NCBI GenBank assembly: GCA_964201005.1 | Contig: CAXNCS010000004.1 | Location: 51,620-115,619, forward strand | Length of the DNA stretch: 64,000 nt | Reading direction: 5' to 3' | DNA from: Myxococcota bacterium | Lineage (GTDB): Bacteria > Myxococcota_A > UBA9042 | Part shown: positions 48,399 through 55,943 of the stretch, one piece after another | How positions within the stretch are numbered: position 1 is the first letter of the stretch | How the letters are laid out: the number at the start of each line of letters is the position of its first letter | The notes under the pieces: generated by a model | Databases searched by the model: none | What the model saw: the letters and a program-made list of their open reading frames with translations, nothing else | Told to the model about the DNA's origin: nothing | Made by a program: the position numbers and the translations under genes

Positions 48399-49460
48399 TC
48401 AGAGGTCTTGCTCGCGCAGCCAGGCCACGTAGGCGTCGATGTACTCGGCGACCCGCGGGCAATTCACTCCGCTGCCGGCGAGGAGCGCCCGCGCCCGGCT
48501 GGCGTCAAAGCGCACAGAAGCATCAAACCACTCCAGAAAGGAGCGCTGGTGTCGGGTATCGCCGGAGAGGGTCGGCAAGCGCCGCAGGTTCTGTTGCAGC
48601 CGGCCGGCCAGCGAAACGGTGGGTCGCGGTCGCCCTGCCGCATCGGCCACCGCATCAAAAAAAGCTTTGGCGGTCAGCGGTTGTTCGTCGACCAGCTGAT
48701 AAGTCCCGCCCGCCGCGTCCGGGTGCCGCGCCAGGTGAATCGCCGCGTTGACTGCATAGTCCACCGGGGCGATGTGCAGCGCGTGGTGCCCAGACACCGG
48801 CAGCTCCACCGGCGTTGGGCTGTGGACGATCGCCGCCGCCACTGCGCTCACGCCTTCAATGCGCCCCGCCTCCCCGGTCCGCGAGTCGCCCACCAGAATC
48901 GGCAGGCGCACCACGGTGATCGGCAGCTGGGCCATTGCCGCCCGCGCCAGCTGTTCGGCCTGGGCCTTGGTCTGCTCATAGGCGTTGCGAAAGCTCTGCC
49001 CCTGCATCAATTCCGTCTCATAGACCAGACCGGTGCGCGCCCCCGCGACAAACACCGTCGACCACACGCACACCCGGCGCAGCGCCGTCATTCCCAGCGC
49101 CAATTCAAGCACTTCGCGCAGACCTTCGACGTTGACCTCGCGCATCCGCGGCGCGTCAATCCCCAGGTAATGTACGGCGGCCAGGTGGTGAACCTGCTGG
49201 ATTTCGTCTTGCAGCTTGCGAACCTGTGCGCCGCTGAGCCCCAAATCCAAGGCCAAAATGTCGCCGACCAGCACCTCTGCTGCCCCAGGTCCCTGATCCT
49301 CCAGCGTTTTGGCCCACAGTCGCGCCTCGCCCTCAAACTTATCTCGCGCCAGCACCACCACGCGGTCGCCGCCAGCCACCAGCTCGACCACCAGCCGCTT
49401 GGCCGCGTCCAGCGGATAGCCTGTCACCAGAACCGTATGTGCGCTCAGAGACTTACTCAT
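48399..49460 (-). CDS. NAD-dependent epimerase/dehydratase or thioester-reductase-like SDR with a degenerate glycine-rich NAD(P)-binding motif
   Basis: Start at MSKSLSAHTVLVTGYPLDAAKRL. The canonical TGxxGxxG is replaced by TGYPLDAAK. The catalytic YxxxK (NAYEQTKAQAE) is retained. Overall it resembles NAD_binding_4 / extended-SDR proteins. Confidence 0.55.
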   Translation of the reverse strand: MSKSLSAHTVLVTGYPLDAAKRLVVELVAGGDRVVVLARDKFEGEARLWAKTLEDQGPGAAEVLVGDILALDLGLSGAQVRKLQDEIQQVHHLAAVHYLGIDAPRMREVNVEGLREVLELALGMTALRRVCVWSTVFVAGARTGLVYETELMQGQSFRNAYEQTKAQAEQLARAAMAQLPITVVRLPILVGDSRTGEAGRIEGVSAVAAAIVHSPTPVELPVSGHHALHIAPVDYAVNAAIHLARHPDAAGGTYQLVDEQPLTAKAFFDAVADAAGRPRPTVSLAGRLQQNLRRLPTLSGDTRHQRSFLEWFDASVRFDASRARALLAGSGVNCPRVAEYIDAYVAWLREQDL

Positions 49461-49544
49461 GCTAGACCTGTTTGTCTCGGGTGTGCTCGCCGGCTCGACA
49501 GCCGCCACAGGGTGCGACAGGCCCGCGGCATTGCGGCCCACCAG

Positions 49545-50147
49545 TTAGGCAAAACGCTCCGCCAGCGCGGCCATGAGCTTGTCGACCTGCGCCCCAAGGT
49601 CGGCCAGCGAGCCGTTGTTGTCAATCACCCAGCCGGCTTGGGCGCGGCGCTCCGCCTGACTCGCCTGGGCCGCCAACCTCAACAGCGCTTGGTCGCGGGG
49701 CAGGCCGTCGCGCTCGGCCATGCGGGCGATCTGCATCTCGGGGTCGGCCTCCACCGTCGCCGTCATCTGGCAGACCCGGTCCAGGCCCATGGCAAACAGC
49801 AGCGCCGCATCCAGCACCGCCAGCCGCGCCTGCCCCTGGGCCGCCTGTTGCAATTGCCTTTGGATTTCGCGGTGAATAAGCGGGTGCAGGAGCTCTTCTA
49901 GCGCCTTGCGCTCCGCGGGCTGGGCAAACACCAGTTGGCCCAAGCGCGGCCGGTCCAAGCTGCCGTCATGCTTTAGGTATTCGCCGCCAAACCGCGCGAT
50001 CACCGCGGCGAGCCCCGCAGTCCCGGGCTCCACCACCTGGCGAGCGATCAAGTCGGCGTCGACGATCACCGCACCGCGCTGGCGCAACATCGCTGAAACA
50101 GTAGATTTTCCGCAGGCAATGCCGCCTGTCAGCCCCAGGGTCATCAC
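49545..50147 (-). CDS. coaE: Dephospho-CoA kinase
   Basis: MMTLGLTGGIACGKSTVSAMLRQRGAVIVDADLIARQVVEPGT. P-loop and CoaE architecture are present. Length about 200 aa. Confidence 0.85.
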   Translation of the reverse strand: MMTLGLTGGIACGKSTVSAMLRQRGAVIVDADLIARQVVEPGTAGLAAVIARFGGEYLKHDGSLDRPRLGQLVFAQPAERKALEELLHPLIHREIQRQLQQAAQGQARLAVLDAALLFAMGLDRVCQMTATVEADPEMQIARMAERDGLPRDQALLRLAAQASQAERRAQAGWVIDNNGSLADLGAQVDKLMAALAERFA

Positions 50148-50186
50148 GCGAATCGGCCCGCGCGCCCTTCGCTGCAGTGGCTGGGC

Positions 50187-51998
50187 TCAGCTGCCCTTGC
50201 TGAACACATAGGACTGGCTGAAGGTCTGCGGCGACGTCAGCAGCGGAAGGCCGCGAATGGCCGAAAAGCGCGCCTTGATGCAGTCCGAGAATTTGCCCGA
50301 AGCGCCCGACACGCTCACGTCCGTGACGGTGCCTTCCGTGCCCACGGTGAACGTGACCTTGACCTTGCCGCCTTCGTCCGGGTTGTCGCGCAGGGCTTCT
50401 TCATAGCAGCGCTGTACCGCGGAATTCTTGCGCGACACCACCTTGCCGACTTCCGCCTTGTTCTCACCCGGGCCATCCATGCCACCCGAGCTCAGGCGCA
50501 CTTGCACGGTAGCTTCTTCTTTCTTCTTGCCCTCGTCCTTGACCGCCGCTGCCTCGCGGGCGCCAAAACCGCCGGGCTTGCCCGCCGCGACCTTTTCCAT
50601 GGTGCCGCCGCCGGCATTAGAACCGCTGAGCTTGACACCGCCGCTGCCGGGGCCACCCGCGCCTTCGGTGCCGTCGCCAGGTCCCGAACCGCCAAAGGTT
50701 TTGGCCACTACGTCGCCGCCTTCCGAGTCGCCCGAATCGGCAAACATCTTGGACGCGCCCATGCCCTTAAAGGCGCCGGCCACGGTCTTCTGCTCCACCG
50801 CTGCGCGAGCTTGGCGGGCTTTCTCTTCTGGATCCGCCTGCTTGCCCTGGGCCTGCACCTTGTCGGGCTTGTCGGCCACGTCGGTCTTCTTGGCCTTCTT
50901 CTCTTCGTCTTTCTTCACTTCTTCTTTCTGAGCTTCCTTGGCCTTGTCGGACATGATGTCGACGACCGGCTTCTTCTCTTCTTCCTTGATTTCCTCTTTC
51001 TCGATGATCTCCACTTCGTAGATCGCCGCGGCCTGCTCTTCAGCGGCGCGAGCTTTCTCCATGAATTTCTCGTGCTTTTCGTAGTACAGCCGCGACTGCG
51101 CCACCAGCGACACCACCAGCAAGAACGACACGGCGAAGGAGATCGACCAGGCCGAGTCGTTCATCAGCGGGCCAAAGACCTGCGCAGCCAAGCTCTTGCG
51201 CGGCATGGCCGGCACAGTCACCGACTGGCGGACGACCTGAAACAGCAGCGTGTACGGCCCCAGAGAGGCGCGGGCCCGCGACTTCAGCGGCAGCTCAAAA
51301 TCGACGCCGTCCGCGGTCTGGGTGGTGATTTTCTTAGCGGTCGCTTCCGCCAAGTCCATCGGCAGGCCGTCAATGGCCAGGCGCAGTTGACAGTCCTTGG
51401 GCAGGTGCACCTTGAACTTGGTCCCGCGCTTGTCACTGGTGAACACCGCCGAGGGGCCCTTGTAGTCGATATCAGGCAACACCACGGTATCTTTGTGGTT
51501 TGACCCGATCGACACCGGCTTGCCCGCGTGGAACACCTGATCGGAAATCAGCCGATCTTCGTGCACCAGGCCGATGCGCAACACCGTCTCTTCATGTGTC
51601 ACCGTCGGCACCGCGTCGCCGCGGACAAACTGGAACATCAAGATGATGTCGCCCATGGACAGCGAACCGCCGGTAAAAGCCTCAGCCGGAACGGCTTTTT
51701 GGCCCTTGACCTGGACGATTTGGCCCTTGACCGCGTCGAGACCACCCGCCGGACCGCCGCGCAGGCTCACGCCGTGGGTGGGGTCCGCCGGCATCACGAC
51801 GTGATAGGCGTTGTTGTGGACGAGCGCCACAGGGATTAACGCCGGAAAGTCCGGGTAATCTTTGGCGCTGACCTGAATGGTCACATCTGGCCGAGTGCCT
51901 ACCGTAATGTCCATGCGGCGATCGAGCACACGCTCGGCCACCACCTGACCTCGGTAGACAACGCCAATTCGCAGCACGCGGCTGGTGTCGAGACCCAT
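50187..51998 (-). CDS. Membrane protein with a duplicated N-terminal (possibly FHA-like) domain, one TM helix, a charged Glu/Lys-rich region, a Gly-rich region and a C-terminal AgmX/PglI/TonB-C-like domain
   Basis: The start is taken as the ATG at 51996-51998 (MGLDTSRVLRIGVVYRGQVVAERVL...). A second copy of that unit is VLRIGLVHEDRLISDQVFHAGKPVSIG. The TM helix is WSISFAVSFLLVVSLVA. The C-terminus (VQRCYEEALRDNPDEGGKVKVTFTVGTEGTVTDVSVSGASGKFSDCIKARFSAIRGLP) resembles the TonB-like AgmX/PglI tail domain of myxobacterial gliding proteins. That assignment is from memory. Confidence 0.55.
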   Translation of the reverse strand: MGLDTSRVLRIGVVYRGQVVAERVLDRRMDITVGTRPDVTIQVSAKDYPDFPALIPVALVHNNAYHVVMPADPTHGVSLRGGPAGGLDAVKGQIVQVKGQKAVPAEAFTGGSLSMGDIILMFQFVRGDAVPTVTHEETVLRIGLVHEDRLISDQVFHAGKPVSIGSNHKDTVVLPDIDYKGPSAVFTSDKRGTKFKVHLPKDCQLRLAIDGLPMDLAEATAKKITTQTADGVDFELPLKSRARASLGPYTLLFQVVRQSVTVPAMPRKSLAAQVFGPLMNDSAWSISFAVSFLLVVSLVAQSRLYYEKHEKFMEKARAAEEQAAAIYEVEIIEKEEIKEEEKKPVVDIMSDKAKEAQKEEVKKDEEKKAKKTDVADKPDKVQAQGKQADPEEKARQARAAVEQKTVAGAFKGMGASKMFADSGDSEGGDVVAKTFGGSGPGDGTEGAGGPGSGGVKLSGSNAGGGTMEKVAAGKPGGFGAREAAAVKDEGKKKEEATVQVRLSSGGMDGPGENKAEVGKVVSRKNSAVQRCYEEALRDNPDEGGKVKVTFTVGTEGTVTDVSVSGASGKFSDCIKARFSAIRGLPLLTSPQTFSQSYVFSKGS

Positions 51999-52398
51999 CT
52001 GCGCTCGCTCCTGGTCTGGGGGACCGGACAGCTCTACCCCGAGTGCGCCGTCCGACGGCAAACCTCGATGACGTCTTCCATCTGTGCGCGGGTCAGGCTG
52101 ATGCCGCCGCAAATCGGCATGCTAACGGCCTAAGACCTTCGCTGTCAAACTTTGGGCGAGGAAGCAGAGACCCTCTCTGCCCCCTTCGCGGGGTGCACCG
52201 GACGGCAAAACACCGCTGGCGTGCAGGGTAGGACGCGCACAGGTGGCGGGGCGATCTTTGGGCGGCGTCAGCTTCACAAATCCTGACAATTGGCCCGGTC
52301 CACGGCTGGGCGGGGGGCGGCAGAATCGCCCTGGGCATTGCTGGCGCGGCCCGCCCCAAGTAGACTTGCACAGCCGCCGGGCGCGGCAGGATAGCGCG

Positions 52399-54180
52399 AT
52401 GGTCCACAAGTTCTTTGCCTCCTTGGCCTCTGGCCCCTTCCAGAGCCGGCCGAACCAAGACCTCTTTGCCCGCCATGGCTTTGGCGCGGCGCTGCCAGTG
52501 CTCTTGCTGACTCTGCTGGCGTCGCCAGGCTGCGGCGAGGACGACAGCGGTGGCGCGGCCGCGACCCTTCCGGCGCGCACAGTGCAGCAGACTATGGCGC
52601 TGAGCTGCGACGCGGGCGCGGTCTGCTGGGCCAATGAGCTGGCCAAATCCCCAGATCTCAAAGCACAATTGGACGCAGTGGCCTTGCCTGTGCAGTACGC
52701 TGGCGAGATCGCTGACGCCGCCGGCAATCGCTTGGTGTGGGCTGAACTGGCCGCCACTGCCAACGCCCCGCGCACAGAAGTCGCCGCGGTGTGGAGCCTG
52801 TGCAACAAGGCCGGCAAGTGTACGGTCGGCAAGGCGAATTACACCGCAGCGGGCGCGACCTTTGTCGACGCTGCGGGCAAGGCCGTGACCAAGCTGGAGA
52901 TCGGCGCGCCGACCATGCGCAAGACCATCAAATTCCTCAATAAGGAAGATGATGTGACCGTGGTGGGCGCCCTGAAGGACCTGGCGCAGACGTTCAAGAT
53001 CGACGCCGACGTGGCCAAGGCCCAGCTGCAGCAACAGCAATTTGGCAAGCGCCGCTTTGTGGTGATCAACGCCTATGGGCCGGAAGTCGGCCTGGATCCG
53101 GCGCCGGTGCTGGCTGCGGCCAAGGCGACGGGGGTGTATGACAGCGTTGAGGCGATCAACTACGTGCGCAAAGCCGACGTGTTTTCGCTGCTGCCGACCC
53201 TGACGGGCATCGACGCGGTGGTGTGGCTGGGTGCCGGCGTGATCGAGACCGGCTCGGCGACCAGTGCGACCAAGCGATCGCTCGGGCTGACGGTGTCGCG
53301 CGGGGTGCTGGGCGATCACCTGATCTCCGGCACGCTGGTGGGCGACATGCTGACCGCGCCGCCGCTGGGCGGGCCTGGGCTCATCGTGTTGGCGGGCAGC
53401 CAGACGATTCCGACGAGCAAGGACGACAAAAGCCTAAAGATTCTGGCAGAGCAGCTGAGCGACGGCTCGCGGGCGGTGGTCGGTTTTACCGGCACGGTGA
53501 CATCAGGGCAGGCGGTGGCGGCGAGCGCGGCGCTGATCGGCAAGCTGGCGGCGGGGCTGACGCTGAGCAAAGCGCTGGCCGCGACGGGGCAGCCGATGGC
53601 GACGATGCTCGAGACCGCGGGCCAGGCCAAGTGGAAATTCCAGGGCAAGCGCGCGGCCTTCTGGGGCGGTGTGCCGCCGAGCAAAGCGGCGCTGACCCTG
53701 AACGTGCGCATGGCCCCGCCGCGCTGCACCTTTGCGATCGAGCCGTGCAACCTGGCGACGTACAAAGAGGCCTATGGTCAGGCCGGCGGACAGATTCCGC
53801 CTGAGCAGACGGTCGGCGGGCACGCCAATTTCCGCTGTCAGACCATGACCTTTGACGGGCCGTGGTTCACCTGTAGCGGCAAGGACGAGAACACCACGGC
53901 GGATTTTGCGATCCGCGGCGTGATGCGCGGTCGGGCCACCGGTGATCGCCTGTGGATGGCGGTCGAAGGCACGGCCAACGGCAAGTACAAGCAGGTTTTC
54001 GCGATTGGCGAAGGCGTGTTTGAGAGCGAAGACCCGGGCGGCGGGCGCACGGCCTTGACGTTCCGCGGGCTGGCGCTGTCGAGCACCTATCGCGACGTGG
54101 AAGATCGCTGCTGTACGCCCGGCGGTCCGGCGCTGGAAGGCATGCTCGGCGAACCGGGGATGCTGGAGATCTGGCCGTAG
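52399..54180 (+). CDS. Large hypothetical lipoprotein
   Basis: Start taken at MVHKFF...AALPVLLLTLLASPGCGEDD (lipobox). The ORF is about 593 aa and ends 10 nt before ribH. I recognised no catalytic motif. The start is accurate to within a few nt. Confidence 0.5.
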   Translation: MVHKFFASLASGPFQSRPNQDLFARHGFGAALPVLLLTLLASPGCGEDDSGGAAATLPARTVQQTMALSCDAGAVCWANELAKSPDLKAQLDAVALPVQYAGEIADAAGNRLVWAELAATANAPRTEVAAVWSLCNKAGKCTVGKANYTAAGATFVDAAGKAVTKLEIGAPTMRKTIKFLNKEDDVTVVGALKDLAQTFKIDADVAKAQLQQQQFGKRRFVVINAYGPEVGLDPAPVLAAAKATGVYDSVEAINYVRKADVFSLLPTLTGIDAVVWLGAGVIETGSATSATKRSLGLTVSRGVLGDHLISGTLVGDMLTAPPLGGPGLIVLAGSQTIPTSKDDKSLKILAEQLSDGSRAVVGFTGTVTSGQAVAASAALIGKLAAGLTLSKALAATGQPMATMLETAGQAKWKFQGKRAAFWGGVPPSKAALTLNVRMAPPRCTFAIEPCNLATYKEAYGQAGGQIPPEQTVGGHANFRCQTMTFDGPWFTCSGKDENTTADFAIRGVMRGRATGDRLWMAVEGTANGKYKQVFAIGEGVFESEDPGGGRTALTFRGLALSSTYRDVEDRCCTPGGPALEGMLGEPGMLEIWP

Positions 54181-54189
54181 GAGGCGCAC

Positions 54190-54660
54190 ATGGGACACGG
54201 GATTGCCTACGAGGGTCTGCCCGACGGCCGCGGCCTCTGCATCGGACTGGTGGCGGCGCGGTGGAACGGTTTTCTGGTTGAGCCGATGCTGGCGGAAGCG
54301 CAAAAAGCTTTGGCGCAGGCGGGGGTCAGCCAGGTAGAGCTGCTGCAGGTGCCGGGGGCCTTTGAGCTGCCGGTGGCGGCGCGGCGGCTGATCAGCGCCC
54401 GGCCGGTGGACGCGGTCGTTTGTTTGGGGGCGGTGATCCGCGGCGATACCCCGCACTTTGACTACGTGGCTGGCGAGGCGGCGCGCGGCATTCAGCAGGT
54501 GTCGATCGACACGCAAGTGCCCGTCCTGTTTGGTGTGCTGACGACAAATACCCTGGAACAAGCCCTGGAGCGCGCCGACCCGGCCCGGGCCAACAAGGGC
54601 CGCGAATTTGCCCTGGGGGCAGTGGAAACGGCCCTGGCCCTCCGCGGCCTGCAGGCGTAG
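54190..54660 (+). CDS. ribH: 6,7-dimethyl-8-ribityllumazine synthase
   Basis: RGLCIGLVAARWNGFLVEPMLAEAQ, VPGAFELPVAARRL, AVVCLGAVIRGDTPHFDYVAGEAARGI and VPVLFGVLTTNT are all conserved RibH blocks. Confidence 0.9.
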   Translation: MGHGIAYEGLPDGRGLCIGLVAARWNGFLVEPMLAEAQKALAQAGVSQVELLQVPGAFELPVAARRLISARPVDAVVCLGAVIRGDTPHFDYVAGEAARGIQQVSIDTQVPVLFGVLTTNTLEQALERADPARANKGREFALGAVETALALRGLQA

Positions 54661-54785
54661 GGGCCGGCCCCGCGCGGCGTTTATTTTTGCGGCGCCCCAA
54701 GCGCTGACTCACCCGCGGCTCGCCGGCCCCGGTTCCTGTCTGGAGCCGCCGCTCGCCGACCGCCAGCCGAAGAGGCAGATTCCCG

Positions 54786-55316
54786 ATGAGCAATTCGACC
54801 CCCACGGCTCCGATCCGCGCCGAGACTTCGCCCTATAGCCGCCGCCGCGCCCGCGAGTCTGCGCTGCAGGTGCTGTACGGTTTGGACTGGGTCCCCAACG
54901 ACACCGCGGCGGCCATTGACGACTACTGGGCTAAATTCGCTGGCGAAAAGCCCGACGGTTATGTGGAGGTTCGGCGCCACGGCGAAGAGCTGGTGCACGG
55001 GGTTATCGATCGCCGCACCGAGCTCGACCAGCGCCTGCAGGCGATTTCGCACCACTGGAAGCTCGACCGCATGAGCGTGGTCGACCGCAACATCTTGCGC
55101 CTGGCCGCCTATGAGCTGTTGTTTATGGGCGAGACCGTTCCGCGCAAGGTCGTGATCAACGAAGCCATTGAAATTGCCAAGAAGTTTGGCAGCGAAGACT
55201 CGGGCTCCTTTGTCAACGGCATTCTGGACCGCATCGCCCAAGAGCGGGGCAGCGGCGCGGCGGATGACAACCTGCGGCCCACGGCGCGTCCGCGCAAACC
55301 CGCGGCCAAGCAGTAG
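54786..55316 (+). CDS. nusB: Transcription antitermination factor NusB
   Basis: RRRARESALQVLYGLDW, HWKLDRMSVVDRNILRLAAYELLF and VVINEAIEIAKKFGSEDSGSFVNGILDRI. This is the classic ribH-nusB order. Confidence 0.85.
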   Translation: MSNSTPTAPIRAETSPYSRRRARESALQVLYGLDWVPNDTAAAIDDYWAKFAGEKPDGYVEVRRHGEELVHGVIDRRTELDQRLQAISHHWKLDRMSVVDRNILRLAAYELLFMGETVPRKVVINEAIEIAKKFGSEDSGSFVNGILDRIAQERGSGAADDNLRPTARPRKPAAKQ

Positions 55317-55340
55317 CTTTTCTAAAGTCCAGAGGACGCG

Positions 55341-55898
55341 ATGCGCTTTCGGCTCGTCAGCCCGACGCTAGAAGATCTCGACGAAGTCGAGGCGCAATGC
55401 CTTGTATTAACCACGTTTTCTGATGACCGGCCCCTGCGAGGTCTCACCGGATTGGTGGACTGGCGGCTCAACGGCCAGCTGTCGCGGCTGATGCTGCGCG
55501 ATTTTGTCGACGGCCACTACCAGGAAGCCACGCTGTCGCCGATCGAGGGGCGGCTGAGCTTTGGGCGGATCGTGCTCATCGGCATGGGCAAACGCAGCGA
55601 ATTTGATGCCCAGCGCTTTGAGGAGCTGTGCCGATTCTGCTTTCGCACGGTGACGCACATGGGCATCGTCGATTTTGCCATGACTTTGCCGGGGCGCATT
55701 GGCCTGGACGTGGGGCTGCGCCAGGCTCTGGCGGGGTGGCGAAGGGCGATGCTGGAGTCCTTTAGCGTAGAGCAGGCCAACCAACTTCAGCTGGTGTTGC
55801 TGGAAAGCCGCGAAATTCAGAAAGAAATGCTAGAGCCGCTGCGAGCCCTGGAGCGCGAGATGGCCGAGTTGGCGGTGCGCGCGGCCAAGCAAGGCTGA
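55341..55898 (+). CDS. Hypothetical protein (possible M17 aminopeptidase N-terminal-like / macro-like domain)
   Basis: RIVLIGMGKRSEF resembles the vLvGLGk motif of the leucyl aminopeptidase N-terminal domain. No peptidase catalytic domain is present. This call is weak. Confidence 0.4.
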   Translation: MRFRLVSPTLEDLDEVEAQCLVLTTFSDDRPLRGLTGLVDWRLNGQLSRLMLRDFVDGHYQEATLSPIEGRLSFGRIVLIGMGKRSEFDAQRFEELCRFCFRTVTHMGIVDFAMTLPGRIGLDVGLRQALAGWRRAMLESFSVEQANQLQLVLLESREIQKEMLEPLRALEREMAELAVRAAKQG

Positions 55899-55943
55899 GG
55901 GACGAAGCAGGGTTCCAGGGCGAGCCGAGCCGCAGCCACCAAC

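Noticed and set aside
47092-49901. Long plus-strand ORFs (47092-48321 and 48408-49901) opposite the FHA-GGDEF, SDR and coaE genes
   Set aside because: They are antisense to genes with clear catalytic motifs (GGEEF, YxxxK and the CoaE P-loop). Their translations are typical His/Arg/Gln-rich reverse-frame translations.
52093-54561. Minus-strand ORFs 52093-53319 and 53503-54561 opposite the 593-aa lipoprotein gene and ribH
   Set aside because: They are antisense to ribH, which is certain, and to a lipobox-bearing ORF. They have no motifs.
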